Below, in pieces: positions 30,109-39,657 of a stretch of DNA of 64,000 nt. The stretch is taken from the NCBI GenBank assembly GCA_903924465.1, contig CAIYBN010000056.1:1291-65290 (forward strand), written 5' to 3'. The notes beneath the pieces are model-generated. The model had not been told where the DNA came from. It saw only the letters and a list, made by a program, of their open reading frames with translations, and did no database searches. Position numbers and translations under genes: made by a program. The stretch is from an uncultured Myxococcales bacterium. Lineage in GTDB: Bacteria; Myxococcota_A; UBA9042. The first letter of the stretch is position 1. Every line of letters starts with the position of its first letter.

Positions 30109-30918
30109 ATGCAACGCCAGAAAGTCGCCGTAATCCAGACCCGTTCGACAGAAGATATTGACGCAAATCTTACAAAATCCGCGGAGTTGTGTCGCGCAGC
30201 TCGCGCTGATGGCGCGCGCTTTTTGGCCCTGCCAGAGAACGTTGGCTTCCTGCGCATCGCCACCAAGGAAAACTTTGGCGAAGCCATTCCCGGTGGCAAA
30301 ATCACGTCCTTTTTCCAAGCGTTGGCCAAGGAAATCGACGCTGCGATCCTGGTCGGCACCATCCAGGAAAGCGCCGGCGACGGCTACAAAGTGTACAACA
30401 CGTCGGTGCTCATCGGGCCGGACGGCGCGTTGGTGCAAAAATACCGAAAAGTTCACCTGTTCGACATCGACATCCCCGGCACCGTCAGCCTGAAGGAGTC
30501 GGACTTCATCGTGCCGGGCAGCGAAGCGGTGACTGCGGACTTGTTCGGCACCACCTGGGGCATGAGCGTCTGCTATGACCTGCGCTTTCCGGAACTGTAC
30601 CGCAAGCTGCTCGACAAGGGCGCGGAAGTGTTGCTGATTCCCGCCGCATTCACGCTGCAAACCGGCAAGGATCACTGGGAAGTGCTGCAGCGGGCGCGGG
30701 CGATCGAAAACCAGTGCTACGTGCTTGCGCCGGCGCAATGGGGCTTTCACGGTGGCATCCGCAACTCCTACGGCCACTCGATGATCATCGACCCGTGGGG
30801 TCACGTGATCGCGCGGTGCTCCGATGGCGAAGGCTATGTCACGGCGTGGCTCGACCCGGAGAAGCTAGCCAGCGTGCGGCGCAACCTGCCGTGCGGCGAA
30901 CACCGCCGCATGCGCTAA
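30109..30918 (+). CDS. Carbon-nitrogen hydrolase (nitrilase superfamily)
   Basis: E-K-C catalytic triad context (KVAVIQ...LALPE; RKVHLFD; VCYDLRFPE). 269 aa from MQRQKV. Confidence 0.85.
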   Translation: MQRQKVAVIQTRSTEDIDANLTKSAELCRAARADGARFLALPENVGFLRIATKENFGEAIPGGKITSFFQALAKEIDAAILVGTIQESAGDGYKVYNTSVLIGPDGALVQKYRKVHLFDIDIPGTVSLKESDFIVPGSEAVTADLFGTTWGMSVCYDLRFPELYRKLLDKGAEVLLIPAAFTLQTGKDHWEVLQRARAIENQCYVLAPAQWGFHGGIRNSYGHSMIIDPWGHVIARCSDGEGYVTAWLDPEKLASVRRNLPCGEHRRMR

Positions 30919-31829
30919 CGGTCGAACGGTCGCGTGAAACCAAAACGCTCGCGCAGCCATTTTTCCACGCGCAGGTGGATGAGTTCCGGGAATTCCAGCG
31001 GCGTGTAATGCGTGCCGCTCGGAATCACCAGCAGCTCGGCGCCGGCAATCGCCTTGACCATCTCGCGGCTCTGCGCCAGCGGCGTCAGCATGTCGTGGTC
31101 GCCCGTCACCACCATCACCGGCACCGTGATCGACGGCAGGACATCGAGGGCGGAGTGCGCAGCCAGGGCATTCAGCGTCGCCATGTAGCGCGGCATGTGC
31201 AGCCCGGCCACTTCAGACGCCAGCGTCAGGAACATCTTCTCGTCGAGCGCCTGGCTCGCCAGACCCAAGTTCTTGACGATCTTGAGCGCCATTTTCGTCT
31301 TGGTCACCCGCTGCGCCATGGGCTGGAACGGCTCGGCGAGATGCGCCACGGACTCCATGGCCTTGGCAATCGCCGGGAGCATCTGCGCCAGTGGCGAATC
31401 CTTGAGCATCGGCGAAAACGCTGTGGCCAGCGGACTGCCGTACGTGCCGTTGATCAACACCATGCCCTGAACAATTTCAGGCATTTGCCGCCATGCTTCA
31501 AAGGACACTTGCACGCCCATCGACCAGCCGAGCAGCACGGCTTTTTGGATCCCGAAGTGCTGCAGCACCGCGCGCAGGTCCTGAACCTGCGTCTCCACGT
31601 CATAGCCCGTTCCCGGTGCGGCGGGACCAGACTTGTACAACCCGCGGTAATCCCAGGAGACAATGCGGTGGTGCGGGCCAAAGTCGTCGATCAGGTAGCG
31701 CCACGCGTCGATGTTGCCGCCCAAGCCGTTGCACAGCACGAAAACGGGACCCGGTCCGCCACCACACTCAAATGCCGTGAGTTCAGTGCCATCAGCGGCG
31801 CGAACGGAAGAGGCGTGAATTTCCAACAT
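30915..31829 (-). CDS. Alpha/beta-fold hydrolase
   Basis: GWSMG nucleophile-elbow motif. Typical alpha/beta hydrolase length. Confidence 0.8.
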   Translation of the reverse strand: MLEIHASSVRAADGTELTAFECGGGPGPVFVLCNGLGGNIDAWRYLIDDFGPHHRIVSWDYRGLYKSGPAAPGTGYDVETQVQDLRAVLQHFGIQKAVLLGWSMGVQVSFEAWRQMPEIVQGMVLINGTYGSPLATAFSPMLKDSPLAQMLPAIAKAMESVAHLAEPFQPMAQRVTKTKMALKIVKNLGLASQALDEKMFLTLASEVAGLHMPRYMATLNALAAHSALDVLPSITVPVMVVTGDHDMLTPLAQSREMVKAIAGAELLVIPSGTHYTPLEFPELIHLRVEKWLRERFGFTRPFDR

Positions 31830-31836
31830 GATGACC

Positions 31837-32286
31837 TCAGAAGGTTTTGTGTGAATCCAACAGAATCGTCACCGGCCCATCGTTGGTCAGTGAAACCTGC
31901 ATATCGGCGCCAAAGATGCCCTGGGCGACTTCCAGGTGCAGCGCGCGCAGAGCTTCCGCGCATCGATCGATCCAAAGCCGGGCCGCGTCCGGCGCCATGG
32001 CCGCGGTAAAGCCCGGGCGCTTGCCGCGGCGGGCGTCGCCGTGCAGCGTGAATTGGCTGATCAGCAAGATGGCGCCGCCCGTTTGCGCGACGTCCCAGTT
32101 CATCTTGCCTTCCGGATCGGCAAAGATCCGCAGCCCAGCGATCTTGTCGACGATGTAACGCAAGTCCGCTTCACCATCGCCCTGCCCCACCGACAGCAGC
32201 ACGCACAGGCCGCGCGAAATGGCGCCGACCGTCTGGCCCGCAACCGCCACTTCCGCCTGACTGACCCGTTGCACCACTGCCCGCAC
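31837..32286 (-). CDS. dtd: D-aminoacyl-tRNA deacylase
   Basis: MRAVVQRV start. SQFTL motif. 149 aa. Confidence 0.9.
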   Translation of the reverse strand: MRAVVQRVSQAEVAVAGQTVGAISRGLCVLLSVGQGDGEADLRYIVDKIAGLRIFADPEGKMNWDVAQTGGAILLISQFTLHGDARRGKRPGFTAAMAPDAARLWIDRCAEALRALHLEVAQGIFGADMQVSLTNDGPVTILLDSHKTF

Positions 32287-32358
32287 GTTGCCCCCTCCAT
32301 CCCGTGCCTCCATAATCCAACTTGGCTGCGAAGACCAGTTCTTGGCGTCCGGAGGCCG

Positions 32359-33432
32359 ATGCCTTTTGATTTGGACCAAGCCGCAAACCGCCTGGGCCGT
32401 GTACACGGTCATGCCGTCGCATTTCGTCAGGCGTTGCTGGACGTGGCGTTCGCAAGTGGCTGTCCGATGCGTGAACAGGCCGTGGCGCTGGAGCATGGCG
32501 ACGCGGTGACGCTGCGGATGGCGTCGCGCGATCCTGCCATGGCGGCGTCCGTCACGCGGTTTGCCATCCTGGATCTCGATCCACCGGGGCACGCGGCGAC
32601 CTGGGCGCCGGAACTGGATAGTCTGGGAGGGCCTGGGCTCGCGCAGATCTGGGCGGTCGCGCTGCACACGCTCCTGGGCCAGACGGACGAGCGGCCGTGG
32701 GAGCTCACGTACACGCGCGGTCCCGCGCTGGGCGTGTCAGCGTACGTGCGCGATCGCCTCGATGCGCAAGCCTCGACGATCCAGTTGGTGCCGTGTCCAT
32801 CCGTGCCGTCGCACGGTCGGGCGATGGACGGCGTTGCGCTGACCCTGGAACCGACGCAGAACGTGTCGCGTCGTGCTGAATCCGGGTGGACGGTGTCGCT
32901 GACCGTCGCGGGAGAGGACGCGCTGGCGCGTCTGCGCTCATGGCTCCACGGCGTGTCCGGCGCGTGGACCCTGCATCAGCTCGACCTGCGCAGCCACGAT
33001 GCACTCACCGCGCTGTTGTGCGCCGATCGACCGCTTGAGCCGCCACCGGGGATCGCAATTCAGGCGTGGCCGGAGTCGCCACGGCTCTCCTTTCCAGTCA
33101 ACGAGGCGCTGATGGCGTGGCCGGAGACTTGGCTGCCTCGGCCGCTGGCGGTGCGCACGCTTGACGCCGGACTCTGGCTGGCTGGGCTGACATCAACCGT
33201 CGCAGAAGATGCAGCACTGCCGGAACGGGCCGGGGCGCTGGCTTTGACTTGGCAGGTCGAGTCGGTCGCGCGGGAGGTCAGCGCGCAAGTGCTGGTTGCG
33301 GTTGACGCTGCCGAATCCATCGGCCCGGTTGCGGCGGGTCTGGATGGGCCGATTTGGCGACTGCCTGGGGCGGGTGAACGGGCCTTGGCCGCGCGCGGAT
33401 TGGCGGCCAGACTCAGCGCGCGGTCGACGTAG
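32359..33432 (+). CDS. Hypothetical protein
   Basis: 357 aa ORF with a GGAGG ribosome-binding site 5 nt upstream of the ATG. Protein-like composition, no recognizable domain. Convergent with the giant gene. Confidence 0.45.
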   Translation: MPFDLDQAANRLGRVHGHAVAFRQALLDVAFASGCPMREQAVALEHGDAVTLRMASRDPAMAASVTRFAILDLDPPGHAATWAPELDSLGGPGLAQIWAVALHTLLGQTDERPWELTYTRGPALGVSAYVRDRLDAQASTIQLVPCPSVPSHGRAMDGVALTLEPTQNVSRRAESGWTVSLTVAGEDALARLRSWLHGVSGAWTLHQLDLRSHDALTALLCADRPLEPPPGIAIQAWPESPRLSFPVNEALMAWPETWLPRPLAVRTLDAGLWLAGLTSTVAEDAALPERAGALALTWQVESVAREVSAQVLVAVDAAESIGPVAAGLDGPIWRLPGAGERALAARGLAARLSARST

Positions 33433-36400
33433 CCATCGGCGCCGGTTCGACCGCGTCGGCAGACGTCACGATACTTGGCAGCGCCACTGGCTTGTGTTCC
33501 TGCGGATCGGGCGTCTTGTCGTGCGGCGCATAGCGAATCGCCAGAAAAGGCCGATACGCCGGCACGCCGAAACCCGGCCACAGGCCGAAACCGCTGCCCA
33601 AGCTGCCGTACAGGTCTTCGCCCAGCGGCCAGCCAACGGCCAGCGTCGCCTCCAGCTTCTCGTCCGCGCCGTTTTGGTACGCGTTCTTCAATGGCGTTTC
33701 GTGCACCAAGCTCGCGTCCAGCCACCAGCCGTCCGGCACCCATTTGCCCAGCCAGCTGTCTTGCGCCACTGCCGCATTGAGGCTCGCCGCGAGTGCAAAG
33801 CGCATCGCTGGCCCGTCGGTCAGGTTGAACAGCGTCTGGGTGCCTTGCGCCCGCACGCCGAAATTCGCTGCCACGCGCCATGGTCCCAAGGCCGTCGAGG
33901 CGACAGCCGTCGGCGTCGCCGTCATGCCTGGACGGCCCATGTACAGGTTCGGATCGCCGACCGGAATCGTCACCGGCACGACCAGCGCGAGCCCCATCTT
34001 CTGCTGCCGCTCCGCGAAGACCACGTACTTCAAGGCAACGGCGATATCGCCGATCGCCGTCGCGGTATCCAGCGGACCGGATTGCGGACCATAGAGCGAG
34101 GGCTGCGAACCCGTTTGCCAGATGGACACCGGCACAGTGACGCCCAGCGTCAGCCCTTGCCACAGGCGCGTCGCCAGCATGCCATCGGCCTGAAAACGCT
34201 GATCCACCAGGCCGCGCAGCGCACGCGTCTCCGTGCCCACCACCAGCGGCCGCCACGCGTACTGCGACTGCACACCAACCGAGAGGGCGTGCAGGTCCAG
34301 CTGCAGCGCAGAATCCACGCCCAGAATGCCGACGCCATCGACGTTCGACCGACCCGACGTCACATCCAGCGGCGTCAGCGCCGTCGCTGGCATCGCGACA
34401 CACAGGAGCAGAAGCACCGCGCGCGACCGCCGCCGCACCAGCAGCACAAGCCCCGCCAGCACGAGCAGCAGCGCACCTCCGGCCTGTGGCGCCCGCGTCG
34501 TCTGGCACGACAACGGCGTGGTGCCGCGCAGCCGACCGCCAAATTCCAGCACTTCCGAGTCATCGCGCGGATCCAGCGGATTCGTGTGCGTTTGCAGCAC
34601 CTCGATCGGATCGCTCAGTCCGCCAAAGTCGGTGTCCGGCAAGCGCGCATCGGTGTGGTATTTGAACACCTCGTCGCCGTCGGACAGCGTGTCGTTGTCG
34701 CTGTCCGTGTCGCGACAATCCGGCATGCCGTCGCCGTCTGAATCCACCAGCTTCTGCTGCAGTGAATTGTCGCCCGGCTTGATGCCCGATTCGTACGCAT
34801 CCGGCACTGTGTCGTTGTCGCTGTCCAGGTCCAGCGCGTCGATGATGCCGTCCTTGTCGGTATCCAGCGGATGGTTCGGGTCGACGACTTCGGTTGGATC
34901 CAGGATGCCATCGCCGTCGCTGTCGCGCTTCAGCGGATTGGTGCCCAGCAGCAGCTCCGTCTTGTTGTCCAGGCTGTCGCCGTCCAGATCACCGTCGATG
35001 TTGCCGTCGTCGGCCGCCACCAGCGGATTGGTCTCGCCGATGTCGACCTTGCCGTCGTGGGAGAAATCCTCGACGCCATCCGGCAGCCCGCCGCGATCGG
35101 TGTCGGCATTCGCCGGCCACGTCGTGTGCGTCGGGTCCTGATCCGGCAGGAACACGCCGGTCTTCAGGTTCGTGTCCGCCGGAAAGGCCAAGGTCGCGAG
35201 CGTCAGGCCCACCTCGGTGCCGTCATACAGGCCGTCGCCATCGCTGTCCTCGTCGTTCGCGGCATTCTGGCCATCGCCATCCAGATCCACGTACGGATTG
35301 CATTCGCGGCCATCGGGCACGCCATCGTCATCACTGTCCGCGTCATGCGGTCGCGAGCCGATCGTCGTCTCCATCGCATCGCACAAGCCATCGCCATCGC
35401 TGTCCGGCACCTTGGATTGCACTTCCGGGTCATTGGGATCGCCCTCGCCCATGTCCAGCCGACCGTTCAGGTTCGCATCCTCCCATCCGTCCGGCTGACC
35501 GTCGTGGTCGGTGTCCGCGGCCAGAGGCGACGTTCGCGTCGCCGGGTCCGAATCCGCATGAAAGCGCCCCAAGGACACGTCCGTCTGCGGATCCGCTTGC
35601 GTCACGCCGCGCTCCAGGCCATCGCCCAAGCCATCGTCGTCCGAGTCCGGATCCAGCGCGCCCGGCAGGCCGTCATGGTCAAAATCGAACGCCGCATTGG
35701 GTTCATCGCCATCCAGCACCCCATCGTCGTCGCTGTCGCGGTCGTGCGGATTGCTGCCCAGTCGCGCTTCTTCGGCATCGCACAGGCCATCGCCGTCCTG
35801 ATCCACGACAATCGTCTGGGTCAGCGCGGCGTTGGGATCGCCTTCGCCCGGATCGACGAAGCCGTTGGCATTCTGGTCCTCCAGGCCATCGCGCTGGCCA
35901 TCACCATCGGTATCCGCCAGCAAGGGCGACGTCGTCGTCCCTGGATCCGTGTCCGGCAAGAAGTTGAACGCCAACAGGTTTGTCGCCGCAACCGGCGCAC
36001 CCGCACCGCGTTCCAGGCCATCGGGCAGGCCGTCGTTGTCGGAATCGGCATCCGCGGCATTGCTCGCGCCATCCAGATCCGAGTCGCACGACATGTTCCA
36101 TTCCACGCCATCCGGCACACCGTCGTCATCGCTGTCGGCGTCGTCCTGCGCTGTGCCGAGCACTTTCTCCTCCGCATCGGGCACGCCGTCACCGTCCTGA
36201 TCGCCCAGGTACAGCGTCTCGCCAGCCAGGAACGGATCGCGCTCGCCCGCATCCACGCGACCGTTGTGGTTGACGTCCTCCGCACCATCGCGCTGGCCAT
36301 CGCCGTCGGTATCGGCCTTTTGCGGATTGGTCTGCGTCGTCGGATCGGCATCGGCCACAAACGCGCGCTTGGCCAAATTCGTGTCTGGCCCAACCGTGCT

Positions 36401-39400
36401 GAGCGTCTTGCCCGCTTCCGTACCGTCCAGAATCGCGTCGTTGTCGGAATCGGGATCCAGCGCGCCGATGAGCCCGTCGCCGTCCAGATCCAGCAACGAT
36501 TCCTCCCCGTCCAGCAAGCCGTCGTCATCGCTGTCGGTGTCCAGCGGATTGGTACCCGCCTTGATTTCCGCGCCATCGGCCAAACCGTCGTGATCGGTGT
36601 CATTGCTCAAGCGGTCCGTGTGGTATTTCGGCTCATCCGCGTCGAGCAGGCCATCGCCGTCACTGTCCAGGTCGCGAAAATCAGGGATGCCATCGCCGTC
36701 AGTGTCCACCGCCGGGGTCTTCCAATTGGCGTCACCCGCCTCGACCGCGTCCGGAAAGCCGTCGCCGTCGCTGTCCAGGTCCTTGGCATCGACCGTGCCG
36801 TCGCCATCGGTATCCACCACTTGACCCAGGTTCGATTCCTGCCCATCGGAAATCGTGTCGCCATCCGTGTCCGGATTCTTCGGATCCAGTCCCAGCTTGA
36901 TTTCCGTCTTGTTCTTGACGCCGTCGCCATCGTTGTCGCCGTTCGCGTCATCCGTCGGGTCCAGCGGATTGGTCAGGTCCGTCAGCACTTCCTTGCCATC
37001 CGGCACACCGCCGCCATCGCTGTCCGCCTTCGCCGCGTTGGTTTCGCCGGTCAACAACGTGACATCCCAATCCTGCTTGCCGTTCTTGTTCGTGTCCTCA
37101 AAGCCGTCATTCAAGCCGTCGCCGTCGGAGTCCTTGTTCAGCGGATTCGTCGTCGTGGTTGGATCGGCATCGCCCGCTTTGCCCGCCTCCACGCCGTCGC
37201 TGAGGCCGTCGTTGTCGGTATCCGCCTTCTGCGGATTGGTCTCCTTCGCGTCGACCTTGCCATTGTGGTTGAAATCCTCCTGACCATCCTGCAAGCCGTC
37301 GCCATCCGAGTCGGGATTCTTCGGGCTCGTCGTCGTGTTCGGATCGCTGTCGCCCTTCTTACCAGTTTCCAAACCGTCGAGCAGTCCATCGCCATCGGTG
37401 TCCGTCAGGAGCGGATTCGTGCCGTAGAAATTGACCTCCACGCCGTCGTTCAGACCGTCGCCGTCGCTGTCCGGATTCGCCGCACCTGTTTCGTTCAGCA
37501 CCTTGTCCCAAACGCCGTTGGCATTCTTGTCTTCCTGCGCGTCACTCAAGCCATCGCCGTCGCTGTCCTTCTTGCGCGGACTCGATTCGCCCGGATCGGT
37601 CAAGCCGTTGTGGTTCTTGTCCTCCACGCCGTCCAACAAGCCATCGCCGTCGGTGTCCTTGTCGTTGGGATTGCTGCCCGTTGGCGTCGCCGCCTGATAG
37701 ACGCCCAACACTTCCACCTTGTCGCTCGATCCATCTCCGTCGCTGTCCTTCTTGCGTGGATTGGTGCGATTGGCCTGCGCCTTGCCGGCCGCGTCTGGCC
37801 AAGTCTGGGCGTATTCCACGGCGTTGGAAAGGCCATCGCCGTCGTTGTCGCTTTGGCCATCGGCCGGATCCAGCGGATTGAGCGGCTTGCCATCGGCACC
37901 GTTGGCATTGTCGGCGTATTTGACCTCCCAGCCATCATCCAAGCCGTCGCCGTCCGTGTCGGCTTTGTTGGGATCGGTTTCACCCAGTTGCGGCTCCCAA
38001 GCGCCGTTGTGGTTCTTGTCCTCGTCGCTGTCGGCCAAGCCATCGCCATCGGTGTCCGCGTTGGCCGGATCGGTCGTCGACGTGGGCGCCAAGTCCGGCA
38101 AAAACGGCGGCGACAGCGTGTCGTCCACACCCTTTTGCGAGAGCGGCGCCGCTGCCACGCCCGTTTCCTGGCCATCACCCAACGCATCGCCATCGGTGGA
38201 GAACTTGAGCGGATTCGTGCCGCCCACCACAATCTGGCCGACGTTCTTGCCATCGACCACGTGGAACACGAGCACGCCGGTTTCCTTGCCGTCCAGGAGG
38301 CCGTCATCATCCGAGTCCGCGTCCAGCGGATTCGTGACGAGGTGGTTGTCCAGCGGAAAAACCTCCTGACCATCCGGAGCAAAGTCGCCATCGGTGTCCG
38401 GATCGGTGGGCGACGTCTTGCTCACCGTCAACTCATAGTGCGTCGACAGCCCGTCGCCATCCGGATCCGCACCCGTGTCGTCCGCCGCCTTGTTCGGATC
38501 CGTGCCATCGCTGATTTCCACCGCGTCGTACACACCGCCGCCATCGCTGTCGGCCTTGAGCGGATTGGTCTGGAACGTGCCAATCTCATCCGCGTCGCCC
38601 AAGGAATCCCAGTCGCTGTCCGTCAAAAGTGGATCCGTCTTGTAGGTCAGGACCTCATCACCATCTTTCAAGCCGTCGCCATCGGTGTCCGGCTTGAGCG
38701 GATCCGTCGTCGCGGCGATCTCAGCGTTGTCATCCAGCCCGTCGCCATCGGTGTCTTTCAACGTCGGGTCGGTCTTGTAGAGGTTGACCTCGTCGCCATC
38801 GGTCAGCGTGTCGCCATCGGTGTCCACCTTGAAACGATCACTCTTGTAGACCGTCACCTCCTGCCAGTCCGTCAACTTGTCGCCGTCGCTGTCTTTCTTG
38901 TCGTCATCCGGCTTGAGTGGATCGGTGTGGTCAATCAGCACTTCCTGACCGTCGTCGGAGAAGCCGCCATCGGTGTCGAGCTTGAGCGGATCGGTCTTCG
39001 ACACTTGCAATTCCAGGTTGTCCGGCAGGTTGTCGCCATCGGTGTCCGCGAGCGTCGGATTGGTGCCGTAGATCAGGACCTCGTCGCCATCGCTGAGGAA
39101 ATCGCCATCGGTATCGGCCAAGGTCGGCTGCGTCTTGGACTTGCCTGGCTGCGGAAACAGCTCGGCAAAATCGGACAAGCCATCGCCGTCGGTATCCTTC
39201 CGCGTCGGATCCGTGCCGGCAGCTTGCTCATTGGCATTGGACAGGCCATCGCCGTCCGGGTCACCGTTGCCGTTCTGCTTCAGGTCGCCAAAATAGCCGG
39301 CTTCCCAAGCGTCATCCAGGCCATCGCCATCGGTATCCACGGCATAAGCGGGACGTCCAACGGCGAAGCTCAGCACGAGAAGGCAAACGGCAAATCGACG

Positions 39401-39409
39401 AGCGTTCAT
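33413..39409 (-). CDS. Giant secreted protein made of tandem thrombospondin-type-3-like Ca-binding repeats (DxDxDGxxDxxE), continuous in frame with a C-terminal beta-rich module
   Basis: Signal peptide MNARRFAVCLLVLSFAVGRPAYA. More than 60 Asp-rich DTDGDGLxDGxE repeats over about 1,650 aa. Then a MYXO-CTERM-like Cys/Gly/hydrophobic/RRRSR segment, followed directly, with no stop codon, by a signal-peptide-like stretch and a roughly 350-aa beta-rich domain. The start was chosen at MNARRF inside the longer ORF 33413-39694. Confidence 0.8.
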   Translation of the reverse strand: MNARRFAVCLLVLSFAVGRPAYAVDTDGDGLDDAWEAGYFGDLKQNGNGDPDGDGLSNANEQAAGTDPTRKDTDGDGLSDFAELFPQPGKSKTQPTLADTDGDFLSDGDEVLIYGTNPTLADTDGDNLPDNLELQVSKTDPLKLDTDGGFSDDGQEVLIDHTDPLKPDDDKKDSDGDKLTDWQEVTVYKSDRFKVDTDGDTLTDGDEVNLYKTDPTLKDTDGDGLDDNAEIAATTDPLKPDTDGDGLKDGDEVLTYKTDPLLTDSDWDSLGDADEIGTFQTNPLKADSDGGGVYDAVEISDGTDPNKAADDTGADPDGDGLSTHYELTVSKTSPTDPDTDGDFAPDGQEVFPLDNHLVTNPLDADSDDDGLLDGKETGVLVFHVVDGKNVGQIVVGGTNPLKFSTDGDALGDGQETGVAAAPLSQKGVDDTLSPPFLPDLAPTSTTDPANADTDGDGLADSDEDKNHNGAWEPQLGETDPNKADTDGDGLDDGWEVKYADNANGADGKPLNPLDPADGQSDNDGDGLSNAVEYAQTWPDAAGKAQANRTNPRKKDSDGDGSSDKVEVLGVYQAATPTGSNPNDKDTDGDGLLDGVEDKNHNGLTDPGESSPRKKDSDGDGLSDAQEDKNANGVWDKVLNETGAANPDSDGDGLNDGVEVNFYGTNPLLTDTDGDGLLDGLETGKKGDSDPNTTTSPKNPDSDGDGLQDGQEDFNHNGKVDAKETNPQKADTDNDGLSDGVEAGKAGDADPTTTTNPLNKDSDGDGLNDGFEDTNKNGKQDWDVTLLTGETNAAKADSDGGGVPDGKEVLTDLTNPLDPTDDANGDNDGDGVKNKTEIKLGLDPKNPDTDGDTISDGQESNLGQVVDTDGDGTVDAKDLDSDGDGFPDAVEAGDANWKTPAVDTDGDGIPDFRDLDSDGDGLLDADEPKYHTDRLSNDTDHDGLADGAEIKAGTNPLDTDSDDDGLLDGEESLLDLDGDGLIGALDPDSDNDAILDGTEAGKTLSTVGPDTNLAKRAFVADADPTTQTNPQKADTDGDGQRDGAEDVNHNGRVDAGERDPFLAGETLYLGDQDGDGVPDAEEKVLGTAQDDADSDDDGVPDGVEWNMSCDSDLDGASNAADADSDNDGLPDGLERGAGAPVAATNLLAFNFLPDTDPGTTTSPLLADTDGDGQRDGLEDQNANGFVDPGEGDPNAALTQTIVVDQDGDGLCDAEEARLGSNPHDRDSDDDGVLDGDEPNAAFDFDHDGLPGALDPDSDDDGLGDGLERGVTQADPQTDVSLGRFHADSDPATRTSPLAADTDHDGQPDGWEDANLNGRLDMGEGDPNDPEVQSKVPDSDGDGLCDAMETTIGSRPHDADSDDDGVPDGRECNPYVDLDGDGQNAANDEDSDGDGLYDGTEVGLTLATLAFPADTNLKTGVFLPDQDPTHTTWPANADTDRGGLPDGVEDFSHDGKVDIGETNPLVAADDGNIDGDLDGDSLDNKTELLLGTNPLKRDSDGDGILDPTEVVDPNHPLDTDKDGIIDALDLDSDNDTVPDAYESGIKPGDNSLQQKLVDSDGDGMPDCRDTDSDNDTLSDGDEVFKYHTDARLPDTDFGGLSDPIEVLQTHTNPLDPRDDSEVLEFGGRLRGTTPLSCQTTRAPQAGGALLLVLAGLVLLVRRRSRAVLLLLCVAMPATALTPLDVTSGRSNVDGVGILGVDSALQLDLHALSVGVQSQYAWRPLVVGTETRALRGLVDQRFQADGMLATRLWQGLTLGVTVPVSIWQTGSQPSLYGPQSGPLDTATAIGDIAVALKYVVFAERQQKMGLALVVPVTIPVGDPNLYMGRPGMTATPTAVASTALGPWRVAANFGVRAQGTQTLFNLTDGPAMRFALAASLNAAVAQDSWLGKWVPDGWWLDASLVHETPLKNAYQNGADEKLEATLAVGWPLGEDLYGSLGSGFGLWPGFGVPAYRPFLAIRYAPHDKTPDPQEHKPVALPSIVTSADAVEPAPMATSTAR

Positions 39410-39657
39410 GGAACTCCGCGCGGCGAATGACGGCGTCGCCGCGGTCCCCAGATTGGAGCATGAACGGTGATTTTCGGCTACACATGCTGACCCAAGACGA
39501 ACATCAAATTTGGTCGGTTGAACCTGTTCCATGTCGGATTGGGACCGCGAGCGTGTTCCGAAGGTGACACGCCGCGGTAACGGCGGCTGTGATGCTCGAA
39601 CTCGGTCAGCGTGCGTGGCGCGAACCAACGTGTCACTGGGCTGGCGCAGGGTTCCGA

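Noticed and set aside
34871-39430. 1519-aa plus-strand ORF
   Set aside because: Antisense shadow of the Asp-rich repeat gene. Arg/Val/Ile low-complexity translation with no signal or RBS; a high-GC artefact.
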